Assembly: GCA_963665275.2 (NCBI GenBank)
Contig: CAXXIN010000018.1
Coordinates: 320,001-384,000 of the forward strand
Origin: Negativicutes bacterium
GTDB lineage: Bacteria > Bacillota > Negativicutes > UBA1444
Reading direction: 5' to 3'
Length of the DNA: 64,000 bases
Positions 28,902-41,300 of the stretch are shown piece by piece; the stretch's first letter is position 1, and each line of letters starts with the position of its first letter. A program made the position numbers and the translations under genes. The notes under the pieces are model-generated. The model saw nothing but the letters and a program-made list of their open reading frames with translations. It had not been told where the DNA came from and did no database searches.

Positions 28902-29946
28902 ATGGAAGAAGAACGGGTAATATCAGGGCCCGAACAGGAGCCGGACACCTGGCAGCTGAGTCTGCGTCCGCGACGGCTCATGGAATATATTGGGCAGGAG
29001 CAGGTCAAACAGAACCTGTCCGTTTTTATTCAGGCAGCACTGGCGCGGCGCGAGGCATTGGATCACGTGCTGCTGCATGGTCCACCCGGATTGGGCAAGA
29101 CCACGCTGGCCGGCATTATTGCCAATGAACTGGGTGTCAATCTGCGGATCACCTCCGGGCCTGCCATCGAGAGAGCGGGCGATTTAGCCGCTTTGTTAAC
29201 CAATCTGGGTGAAAAAGATGTGTCTGTTCATCGATGAAATTCACCGTTTGAACCGTAGCGTGGAAGAAGTTCTCTATCCGGCGATGGAGGATTATGCTCT
29301 GGATATTATTATCGGCAAGGGACCCAGTGCTCGTTCCATCCGGCTGGATTTACCAAAGTTCACACTTGTCGGCGCGACTACGCGCGCCGGGTGCTCTTGC
29401 TTCACCGCTGCGGGACCGGTTCGGCGTTCTGTGCCGGCTGGAATACTATGGCCCAGCTGCGTTGCTGCAGATCGTGACCCGTGCGGCAGAGGTATCTAAA
29501 TGTTTCCATTGAAAAAGGTGGTGCTGAAGAAATCGCCCGGCGAGCCAGGGGCACTCCCCGTGTGGCGAATCGTCTGCTGAAGCGCGTGCGCGATTTTGCA
29601 CTCATTGATGATCAGTCTGTAATTACAAGAGAAGTCGCGGATAAAGCGCTAGGTCTTGCTGGAAGTCGATGCCTGCGGCCTGGATCGCTCGGACCGTCGG
29701 ATTTTGACCACCATCATCGAAAAATTCAATGGTGGACCCGTCGGCGTGGACACTATCGCCGCGGCGGTCAGCGAAGAAACAGAAACCATCGAGGATGTGT
29801 ACGAGCCCTTTCTGCTGCAGATGGGCTTCTTAAACAGGACTCCGCGGGGACGGGCAGTTACGGCGGCGGCCTATCGGCATCTGGGAATTCCCTGTCGGGC
29901 GGAAATTTCTGGAGAACAGCTTGATCTCATAGGGAAGGAACCGTAA
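28902..29946 (+). CDS. ruvB: Holliday junction helicase RuvB, split by four +1 frameshifts (probably sequence errors)
   Basis: GPPGLGKT / LFIDEIHR / SPLRDRFG / RGTPR / RTPRGR spread over five successive segments; removing 4 nt gives 346 aa. Confidence 0.9.
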
Positions 29947-29949
29947 GAA

Positions 29950-30483
29950 ATGAAACTGTTACTGCATATTTGCTGCGGACCATGCTCCATTTCTCCGATC
30001 GCACAGCTGCGGGAAATGGGACACGAGCTGCAGGGATATTTTTTCAACCCCAATATTCATCCCTTCAAGGAATTTGAACGCCGTCTGGACACTCTCAAAG
30101 AGTATGCGGCATCAGTGGAGATTCCAGTGGAGATTGATGGGCGCTATCTTTTGGAAGAGTTTCTGACCGAAGCAATGCGTTCCGATCGGATTCGCTGTGA
30201 AGGATGCTATGAAATGCGTTTCCGCCAGGCCGCACGTGCGGCGAAACAGCTTGGGTGCGACTCCTTTACCACAACCCTGCTGGTCAGCCCCTACCAAAAG
30301 CATGACCTCATACGGCAGGTTGGCGAACGCGTCGGCAGTCAGGAAGGAATCGAGTTCTTTTACGCAGATTTCCGACCCGGTTGGCAGGAGGGTGTGAAGA
30401 TTAGCCGCGAGCGACTAATGTATCGACAACCCTATTGTGGATGCATTTTCAGTGAAAAGGAACGATATTGCAAACTCAAATGA
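29950..30483 (+). CDS. queH: Epoxyqueuosine reductase QueH (DUF208)
   Basis: LLHICCGPCS, NPNIHP, RCEGCY, YRQPYCGC. Confidence 0.9.
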   Translation: MKLLLHICCGPCSISPIAQLREMGHELQGYFFNPNIHPFKEFERRLDTLKEYAASVEIPVEIDGRYLLEEFLTEAMRSDRIRCEGCYEMRFRQAARAAKQLGCDSFTTTLLVSPYQKHDLIRQVGERVGSQEGIEFFYADFRPGWQEGVKISRERLMYRQPYCGCIFSEKERYCKLK

Positions 30484-30503
30484 CAGCACGAAGAGGGAAG
30501 CAG

Positions 30504-30740
30504 ATGATGTTCGGCAATGGATTTGAATCGATCGGAAAAATGCTGATGTTGCTTGGCGTTGTGCTATTTGTCGTGGGCGTCGCGATCTATTTCGGCGGTA
30601 AATATACTGCGTTGGGGCGGCTTCCTGGAGATATTCATATTGAACGAGAGAATTTCAGCTTTCATTTTCCGGTGGTGACCTCAATTTTAATCAGCCTGGT
30701 GCTGACGGTGATACTGAACCTCTTCTTTTCACGCCGCTGA
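30504..30740 (+). CDS. DUF2905 membrane protein
   Basis: LGRLPGDI..FHFPVVTSILISL; usual neighbour of ruvB/queA. Confidence 0.85.
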   Translation: MMFGNGFESIGKMLMLLGVVLFVVGVAIYFGGKYTALGRLPGDIHIERENFSFHFPVVTSILISLVLTVILNLFFSRR

Positions 30741-30779
30741 GGCTGATTGGGAAAAGGAGATTTTGGAGGCGAGTTGCTG

Positions 30780-32151
30780 ATGAAAAAAATTCACTGGGTT
30801 TGGCGATTGGTGCTAATCGGTTTGACCTTCGCAATGTCAACTAATGGAATGGGTTTTTCCACTTCTGCGGCAGCGACTGGCAATACTGAAAGTCCCTCTC
30901 TGAGAATAGGACTAATGACGAAACAGTTTTCGGTTTTGGCCAGCAGTAACGGCAACTATGAGATTATCAACGTTGATGACGGAAAAGTGCTGGGCGAATA
31001 CGCGCCGGGTGTGAAGGCACGGATTGGTCTCCGGGAAGGAAAGTTCGTAATCAATAATACCGTTGTGGATGCGGATCGCTTGCGAATTGCGCAAAAATCA
31101 GCCCACATGGAACGCGACGACCGCCTTCTAGACATCAATAACCGCCGATATCGGGGATCGGTGGAAATCTTTCGGACGCAGGGAGCAACAGGAATGACTG
31201 CCGTGAACATACTGTCTGTGGACGAATATGTTTATGGGGTGCTGACCAAAATTTTATTGCCGGAATGGCCTGAACAAGCGATCAAAGCTCAGGCAGTCAC
31301 CCTCAGAACTTTCGCACTTGTATAGCCTGGGCAAACATGTGAATGAAGGGTTCGATTTGTGTGATAATGCCGATTGCCAGATATATGAGGGTCAGGTTGG
31401 GGAAGATGCGAGAATCTTAAAAGCAGTTAGGGATACTCGCGGCATGGTCATGTTGCACCAGGGATATCTGATTGCCGCATATTCTCATCTAAGTGGCGGC
31501 GGGTACACGGAAAACAGTGAAAACGTATTTGGGAAAGCCTACCCATATTTGCGCGGCGTGCTGGACACAGATCAGACAAGTCCCTATTTTCGGTGGCAGA
31601 AAAAGATTAGTCCAGCCGAACTCGACGGGCTATTGAAAGGTGCGGGCTACAATATTGGAACCTTAATGGCGGTAGAACTCTCGAAGCGAACGCCGGCGCC
31701 GGTCGACGCGGCAGACCGCGGAGTATCCGGACGGATCAAAACCATTACCTTTATCGGTAAAGACGGGATATTGGCGCTGAGCGGCGAGAAAACCAGGGAA
31801 TTGCTTTCGCTGCAAAGTACTTTGTTTGATATCAGTGTGGGGGTTCCATTGGCGAATATCGACAGCAACATCACGGATAGCTTCGGGGACAGAGATTCCA
31901 AACAGATCCAGATTAATCTTCCTCCCGCATCGACAGGCGGATTGTTGACGGATCGCCCCGGAATTCACCGGTTTTCTGGAAAGAAAGATGAGACCATTTT
32001 TATCGATGGCTTTGGCTGGGGACACGGCATCGGACTCTCTCAGTGGGGCGCTAAAACTCTGGCGGAAAAGGCGATCAACCCTGCTCCCGATTATTATATT
32101 TCAATTTTAAAACATTACTATCAAGGAGTATCAATAGACAAGTGGTATTAA
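30780..32151 (+). CDS. SpoIID/LytB domain protein, one +1 frameshift near 31317
   Basis: YRG, VN, KAQAV..RT in frame 1; CQIY, GGYTE, GWGHGIGLSQWGA, ILKHYY in frame 2. Confidence 0.82.
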
Positions 32152-32156
32152 AATGC

Positions 32157-34303
<2,147 letters not shown>

Positions 34304-34365
34304 TGCAGGAATCTACCATTGGTCCGTTGAATAGTCATAAAGATAAAATATAAGGAGTGAGACAT

Positions 34366-34677
34366 TTGCCTTCCATTTCTCCTGAAATTGATCAATTTAT
34401 CCAAGGATCATGGCCGTTGATATTAATGGCAATCGTATTCTATTTTATTCTGTGGCGGCCGCAAAAAAAAGAACAGAAAAAACGCAGCGAGTTTCTGTCC
34501 AGTCTGAAAAAAGGCGACAAGATCGTAACTATCGGCGGAATGTATGGTGTGATTATCCGTTTGAATGACAAATCAGCAACGATTCAAATTGCGGATAAAA
34601 TCGAAGTAGAAGTCGCCCGGACTGCTATCAGTCACCAACAACCCCCTCGTGGCAACGGTACTCCAGCGGAAAAATAG
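34366..34677 (+). CDS. yajC: Preprotein translocase subunit YajC
   Basis: FYFILWRPQKK, LKKGDKIVTIGG. Confidence 0.93.
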   Translation: MPSISPEIDQFIQGSWPLILMAIVFYFILWRPQKKEQKKRSEFLSSLKKGDKIVTIGGMYGVIIRLNDKSATIQIADKIEVEVARTAISHQQPPRGNGTPAEK

Positions 34678-34727
34678 GCACAGTCAGCGTCGACACGCAA
34701 AAACTCGGTTCGACATGGCGGATTTGG

Positions 34728-34767
34728 GCAAAATGTGCCGGTCAAGGCAGCATTTTGTCTTTTTTTG
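34728..34767 (+). terminator. Probable terminator after yajC
   Basis: GGGCAAAATG..CATTTTGTC + T tract. Confidence 0.55.
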
Positions 34768-34805
34768 CATCGAACGGGAGCAATGGTAGTCATCCATTTT
34801 GAAGA

Positions 34806-35525
34806 TTGTGGGATGATGGATTGGAAATTCTGATTGGGATTGCAAAAATCAATAAGCATGACAATTCCGGACGCGGCGATGGCGTAGCGGTCATAGAGCG
34901 ATCCTCCGGCGGCATCACCGCGATTCTGGCAGACGGGCATGGCGGCAGTCGCTCTGTGAGCGGCATCAGCACCATGGCTGCACTCAAGGCCGCCCAATTT
35001 ATTGCGGATGGAGTGAGGGATGGCTCTGTAGCCCGATCTGTTTTTGACTATTTTTCCGCAGTACAAGACGGGAATTTTTCGATTGCCATGACCCTAATGA
35101 GTGCAGATCTGGAAACAGGAAATCTGATCATTTGCCGCAACACGAATTGTGCGACAATGGTCCGCCATGAATTTGGTGTTGATATTTATGACGAACCGGC
35201 GCAATCGATAGGCGCTCATAAAAATGCGAAGTCCTTGACAATTCAAAGGCCGCTGGAAGAGGGAATGATTGTTGCGGCATTTTCCGATGGGTTGCTGAAT
35301 GCGGGCCGCAAGCGCGGGCGAGTTTTTGATTTGAAAACCGTGGTCCAACTCTTGGAGAACAGCCGACCGGAGGATGCGCAGTATCTTGCGGAATCTATAC
35401 TGGATAGAGCGCTGGCTCTTGATTCTTATCAGGCAACGGACCACATGACGGTGATTGTCATGGGCGTAGATGAAAAAACACCGGAAAACAAGGTCGAATG
35501 TCGAACGGTAAAGTATACGGCATGA
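34806..35525 (+). CDS. PP2C/SpoIIE-like phosphatase domain protein
   Basis: GD, LADGHG, FSDGL, DHMTV metal-binding motifs; start uncertain (34806 or 34821). Confidence 0.75.
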   Translation: MWDDGLEILIGIAKINKHDNSGRGDGVAVIERSSGGITAILADGHGGSRSVSGISTMAALKAAQFIADGVRDGSVARSVFDYFSAVQDGNFSIAMTLMSADLETGNLIICRNTNCATMVRHEFGVDIYDEPAQSIGAHKNAKSLTIQRPLEEGMIVAAFSDGLLNAGRKRGRVFDLKTVVQLLENSRPEDAQYLAESILDRALALDSYQATDHMTVIVMGVDEKTPENKVECRTVKYTA

Positions 35526-35556
35526 ATCATGAACTATTTCAGAATTGCCGTTTTCA

Positions 35557-35586
35557 TTGACACTCCGCCAGACTAGAGACTATAAT
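35557..35586 (+). promoter_or_regulatory. Consensus SigA promoter of secDF
   Basis: TTGACA-N18-TATAAT. Confidence 0.75.
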
Positions 35587-35624
35587 AATCATGTTTGAAT
35601 TTAGAACGGTTAGGGGGAAAAGAC

Positions 35625-36830
35625 TTGAGACCGGCAGAACTAACTAAATTTTTGGCCGTAGTAGCTGTCATCCTGCTCGTCTGTGGCTACTACATCACCC
35701 CGCTCGCAATGTCTGTCAAGCAGGGGCTTGATTTGCAAGGCGGCACGCACGTGGTGCTGGAAGCAGTCGACACACCGGAAGCAAAAGTGGATGAGGATGC
35801 TGTCAAACGTGTTCTCAAAGTTATCGAAAAACGTATCAATGAACTGGGACTGACCGAACCTGTAGTCCAACGCCAGGGTGAACGTCGGATCATCGTCGAG
35901 CTGCCTGGGGTCAAAGATCCCGAGAAAGCCATCGAGATGATTGGCAAAACTGCTTTATTGGAGTTTCAGGATGAAGCCGGCGTGACACATCTAACAGGTA
36001 AGGATCTGAAAGATGCAAAAGCCCAGATCGATCAGGCCAAACAGAACCTTATCGCACTGGAATTTTCGGAGCAGGGCGGCAAGAAATTTGGCGAACTGAC
36101 CAGTAAAAATGTGGGTAAACATATCGCGATCCTGCTTGATAAACAGGTGCTTACCAACCCTGTTGTCAATGAGCCGATCATGGGCGGCAAGGCCGTCATC
36201 ACCGGCAATAAAACAATTGAAGAAGCTGAACGCATAGCGATCCTGCTTCGATCCGGTTCACTGCCGGTCAAAGTAGAGATTTTGGAAACCCGTACCGTTG
36301 GACCGACCTTGGGCGACGATAGCAAGGAAAAAAGCAAAGTGGCTTTTACGGTCGGCACGATTCTGATTGTGGTCTTTATGCTTTTGTATTATCGACTGGC
36401 TGGCTTTGTTGCTAATGTAAGCTTGTTCCTGTATGTCGTGTTGCTGTTGATATGTCTCAAAATGCTCAACGCTACGCTGACACTGCCAGGTATCGCCGGT
36501 ATCATACTTTCGATGGGTATGGCTGTCGATGCCAACGTTCTGATCTTTGAGCGATTCAAAGAGGAGCATCGGGCAGGTAAAACTCTTCGGGCCTCTATGG
36601 ATGCGGGATTCACTCGTGCATTTGCGACAATATTCGATTCCAATATGACGACGTTATTCGCGACCGTTATCCTGTTTTTCCTGGGTACCGGCCCCATTAA
36701 AGGGTTTGCGGTTACGCTGACGCTGGGCATTGTGCTCAGTATGTTTACAGCCATCACAATCACAAAGATTCTGCTAAAAATGCTGATGAACGCCAGCATG
36801 TTTAAAAGCGGCAAAGCTTATGGGGCGTAG
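35625..36830 (+). CDS. secD: Protein translocase subunit SecD
   Basis: GLDLQGG, RIIVELPG, TVGPTLG, GMAVDANVLIFER. Confidence 0.95.
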   Translation: MRPAELTKFLAVVAVILLVCGYYITPLAMSVKQGLDLQGGTHVVLEAVDTPEAKVDEDAVKRVLKVIEKRINELGLTEPVVQRQGERRIIVELPGVKDPEKAIEMIGKTALLEFQDEAGVTHLTGKDLKDAKAQIDQAKQNLIALEFSEQGGKKFGELTSKNVGKHIAILLDKQVLTNPVVNEPIMGGKAVITGNKTIEEAERIAILLRSGSLPVKVEILETRTVGPTLGDDSKEKSKVAFTVGTILIVVFMLLYYRLAGFVANVSLFLYVVLLLICLKMLNATLTLPGIAGIILSMGMAVDANVLIFERFKEEHRAGKTLRASMDAGFTRAFATIFDSNMTTLFATVILFFLGTGPIKGFAVTLTLGIVLSMFTAITITKILLKMLMNASMFKSGKAYGA

Positions 36831-36842
36831 GGGGTGGATGGT

Positions 36843-37748
36843 ATGAAATTTTCTATTATTAAACATCGGTACTGGTTTTTTGCACTCTCGCTCCTGATTA
36901 TTTTGCCGGGTCTTTTTTCCATCATTACCCGAGGCTTTAATCTGGGGATTGATTTTACTGGCGGCACGCTGATTGATCTCAAATTTGACAAACCGGTCAC
37001 AGTCGTACAGGTCAGAGCTGTATTGGCGGATTATAAGCTGGAGAACAGTGTCGTTCAGCTGGCCGCGACAGAAAAAACCGATGCGGCGCCCAATGTGTTA
37101 ATTCGTACTCATACACTGAATGAGACGGATCGAAAAGCCGTTTTGGATGGTTTCGCAACCAAAATCGGCAAATATGATGTCATGCGAGTCGAAAAAGTTG
37201 GAGCTACGATCGGCGCTGAGCTGACGCGTGACGCGATCATTGCTTTGCTTCTGTCATGGCTGGCAATGATTGGGTATATCTCCTATCGATTTGAATATCG
37301 ATTCGGGGTTGCAGGAATTATTTCGCTGATTCATGATGTATTCGTGGTATTAGGTATATTCTCTTTGCTGCAGAAAGAAATTGATGCTTCGTTTGTAGCC
37401 GCCTTGCTGACAATTGTCGGTTACTCCATTAACGATACGATCGTTATTTTTGACCGAATCCGTGAGAATATGAAGAAAATGAAAAAGGGCGAGACCTTAT
37501 CCGAAATGGTTGATCACAGCATTTTGCAGACTATGACCCGTTCTATCTATACCGTAATGACGGTTTTGTTTGCAACCGGCGCATTGTATTTTCTTGGCGG
37601 CGAAACAACCAAGGACTTTTCACTCGCATTGCTGATAGGCTTTGTGTCAGGCATGTATTCGTCAATTTTCAATGCCAGCCCGATCTGGTATATGTGGAAA
37701 GAACATGACGAGCGTAAACGACTGGAACACAAAATGCGCCCAGCGTAG
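36843..37748 (+). CDS. secF: Protein translocase subunit SecF
   Basis: GIDFTGG, HD, GYSINDTIVIFDRIRE. Confidence 0.95.
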   Translation: MKFSIIKHRYWFFALSLLIILPGLFSIITRGFNLGIDFTGGTLIDLKFDKPVTVVQVRAVLADYKLENSVVQLAATEKTDAAPNVLIRTHTLNETDRKAVLDGFATKIGKYDVMRVEKVGATIGAELTRDAIIALLLSWLAMIGYISYRFEYRFGVAGIISLIHDVFVVLGIFSLLQKEIDASFVAALLTIVGYSINDTIVIFDRIRENMKKMKKGETLSEMVDHSILQTMTRSIYTVMTVLFATGALYFLGGETTKDFSLALLIGFVSGMYSSIFNASPIWYMWKEHDERKRLEHKMRPA

Positions 37749-37764
37749 CCGATCCAAGTTCGCA

Positions 37765-37800
37765 AGGAGGTTCGGGTTTTACCCGGGCCTCTTCTTTTTT
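37765..37800 (+). terminator. Terminator after secF
   Basis: GAGGTTCGGGT-ttt-ACCCGGGCCTC + T-rich tail. Confidence 0.7.
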
Positions 37801-37839
37801 AAATTATGCTAAAAAATATTTTTAAAAGCAGCAGGAATT

Positions 37840-37886
37840 CCACAATATATTGCGTATAATAGTATGGGGAATACAACATGTGCTTG
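37840..37886 (+). promoter_or_regulatory. Tandem NrdR boxes
   Basis: CCACAATATATTGCGT (37840-55) and weaker ATACAACATGTGCTTG (37871-86), 31 bp apart, upstream of nrdR-nrdD-nrdG. Confidence 0.75.
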
Positions 37887-37901
37887 AGGGAGTGGTGCGA
37901 A

Positions 37902-38390
37902 TTGAGATGTCCTTTCTGTGATTTTTCTGACAGCAAGGTAATTGATTCTCGGGCAGCTGAGGAAGGAAATTCGATTCGGCGGCGCCGCGAATGCCTCCAA
38001 TGCACAAAACGATTTACCACTTATGAAATGTTGGAAGATCTGCCTCTGCGTGTAATCAAAAAAGATGGGAGGCGAACGGCTTTTGATAGATCCAAAATTC
38101 TTAGTGGACTGATGAAAGCTTGTGAAAAACGGCCAATTTCCATGAAAACGCTGGAGGAAATTACTGACAAAGTAGAGAAAGAGCTGAGAAATTCAATGGA
38201 GCGCGAAATTCCATCAAGAGTCATTGGCGAAGTGCTGATGAAGCATCTGAAAGACCTGGATCATGTGGCATATGTACGTTTTGCATCTGTTTACAGGGAA
38301 TTTACGGACATCGACCATTTCATGCAGGAGCTGGAAACCTTGAAAAAAAAGACGGAGCCTCAATCGATTCTGCAAGAAGGTGTGAAATAA
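37902..38390 (+). CDS. nrdR: Transcriptional repressor NrdR
   Basis: CPFC..VIDSR..IRRRREC..RFTTYE, ATP cone, VAYVRFASVY. Confidence 0.96.
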   Translation: MRCPFCDFSDSKVIDSRAAEEGNSIRRRRECLQCTKRFTTYEMLEDLPLRVIKKDGRRTAFDRSKILSGLMKACEKRPISMKTLEEITDKVEKELRNSMEREIPSRVIGEVLMKHLKDLDHVAYVRFASVYREFTDIDHFMQELETLKKKTEPQSILQEGVK

Positions 38391-38391
38391 G

Positions 38392-41300
38392 ATGTTAACA
38401 ACGATCAGAAAGCGCGACGGGCGCGACGCTTCCTTTGATCCAAACAAAATAACGGAAGCGATCTATAAGGCCGCGCAATCAGTGGGCGGATCCGATCGCG
38501 AAATGGCTATGGAATTAACGCTTGACGTGCTGCGCGTCCTCAGGCAGAAATATAATGGCTATGGCTGCGGCGTGGAAGAAGTGCAGGACATGGTAGAAAA
38601 GGTCTTGATTGAGCGTGGACACGCTAAAACCGCCAAAGCTTACATTTTGTACCGATCGCAAAGGAGCCGAATCCGAGAAGGCAAGTCGGGGCTCATGGAT
38701 GCGGTGCAGGATATTCTGGTGGAAACAAGTAGAGATAATGCCAACGTTTCCAATTCGCCCTCCGCGAAGATGCTGCAAATCGCCAGCGCCGCCAGCAAGG
38801 CATATTATCTGACTCGTATGATCCCGGAGCATCTGTCACAGGCGCATATTCGGGGAGATATACATATTCATGATCTGGATTTCTATGGAAAAACGCTAAA
38901 TTGCGTTCAGATTCCTCTGGGGCGGCTATTGAAGGAAGGGTTCAATAACGGTCACGGCTATATTCGCCCGCCGAAACGTCCTGCTTCCGCTACTGCGTTG
39001 GCAGCAATTATTTTGCAGTCATCTCAAAATGATATGTACGGCGGTCAAAGCTTCGCATATTTTGACAGGGATATGGCCCCTTTCATGAAGGGGGTCGATG
39101 ATAATGAAGTTTTTCAGTCCATGGAGGCTTTGATTTACAATCTGAACTCAATGCACTCGCTGCCTGGTGATGAAAGAATCTGGGTGTACGACCGGCTTGA
39201 GTCCCGTCTGGAAACAATTTCGTTGGAGGACTTTCACCTTAAATTCGAACCTAGCCGCTTTGCAGCCATGAGCCTGAACTATGAGACCGGCCGCACGGAG
39301 CTCAAAGAAATTACAGATTCCATGAAGCACTACAATTTCAACCGCATTTTACGTCTCAATCTCAAGAGCGGTCAATCTGTTGCTGTAACTGACAATCATT
39401 CTGTCATGACCCTTGATAATTCGGGTAAAGTTGTCACCGCTCACCCCGAAGCACTACGGTCTGGTCTGGTCCCGGCAAAATGGGAACCAGAGACGCAGCG
39501 GCATATGTACGATTTGCGCTCCTATCCCGCATCTAGGCGATATCCGGTTGATGCGGTAGAGTTGGATGAAAATCTGGCTCGTTTCTTTGGGTATTATGTG
39601 GCGGGCGGGTCTTCAGCGGAAGCCGAACTTACAGGAAAACATTGCGACAAAACCACCGAGATGAGTGTCACGGGAGTGCTACGCAAGCTGAATCCCCGCT
39701 TTACCGCTGAATTAAGGATGGCCCGTGATAGTAAAAATGGCGATCTGGTATGTCGTGTAGGCACCCGATTTGCCTCTTTTGTCCGTGAGGTTTGTGGAAC
39801 AGGGATCACTACGAAACGAGTACCGACGGAAATTTTCTTTGCTTCTGAATCTGTCATCCGTTCTTTCCTCGATGGCTTTTTCAGTGTCCACTCCGGTGAA
39901 TTCTGTCAGCAGCAACAAGTGGGTGCGACTTATTCCCGCGAATTGCGGGATGGAATTTGGCTGTTGCTTACCCGAGTGGGCGTTGTATCTTCCCTTTCAC
40001 AGGCAACGCTGACTTCCAGTAGTCTCGCGGCAGTCGGTAACTATTATCGCATTGCCACTTCGACGTCGAAGGGTCGGGATGTTTTCCAAGTGCTTCCTGA
40101 CGAAACACCGTTTGATTACGAATATCTTCGCCCACTTCTCAAGGAAGTTTGCGGTGAATTGTTTGCGGAGTCAGGATCTGATGGGATTGGGCCTGAACAG
40201 GTTCACTCATGGGCGACTGACCTTGCGGATAGGATACTGACAGAATCGGAACAAGTGCGCCTGGAAGAACTTGTAGGGATCAGACCGGAAATTTTGACGC
40301 TGACAGGTTTTGAAGCGCCGTTACGGTTCGGAGAACTCTTTTCGCGTTTGTTGCTCACTGATACAACCGGTTCGGATGGTGAGGAGAGCTCTATCGTTGC
40401 CACCGCGCAGGTGCAATGCTGGGCGCAAACACTTTTGACTCAAAATAAAGCGCTTCAGGATCTTTTGTCTGTTCTCCAGCGCGCGACGCAGATGTATCCC
40501 ATCGCCGTCGATTCGATATCCGAACAACCAATGGAGCGATATGTATATGATATTTCTGTTGCCGGCAATGAGAACTTTCTTACATCGCAGGGAATCTTCG
40601 TTCATAACTCGCGTGCTGGCGCCCAGGTCCCCTTTTCAAGCTTGAATGTGGGAACTGAAACGACTCCAGAAGGCCGGGCGGTTACCCGAAACCTGCTTCT
40701 TGCTTATGAGAAGGGCCTCGGAAAAGGAGAAAACCCGATTTTTCCAAATGTGATTTTCCGATTAAAGAAGGGGGTCAATTTTAATCCGGAAGATCCCAAC
40801 TATGATTTGTTCCAGCTGGCGATTCGGGTCGCTTCCAAACGGCTGAACCCGACGTTCAGTTTCATGGATTCTTCTTTTAATAAACCCTATGGTACGGATG
40901 TTTCCTATATGGGTTGCAGGACCAGGGTTATCGCGAACGTGAATGGACCGGCCGTTACCGACGGACGGGGAAATTTAAGCTTTACCACCATCAATCTTCC
41001 ACGGATCGCTATTAAATCCGAGCGCAACCTCATGAAGTTCTATCAACAGCTTGACGAGATGTTGGATTTGATCTGCGAACAACTGTATCACCGATTCCAG
41101 GTACAGGGGGCTCTGAAGGTAAGGGATATGCCGTTCCTGATGGGGCAGGGTTTGTACCTGGATTCAGAAAAACTGTCAAAGGATGATACTGTTGAGTCCG
41201 TCATCAAACACGGAACGCTTTCCATCGGCTTTATCGGCTTGGCGGAAACCTTGGTTAGCCTGACAGGCAGGCATCATGGCGAGAGCGATGAAGCCCAGTC

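Noticed and set aside
29209-29660. Programmed frameshifting or phase variation in ruvB
   Set aside because: No slippery sites or repeat tracts; four successive shifts would give negligible product
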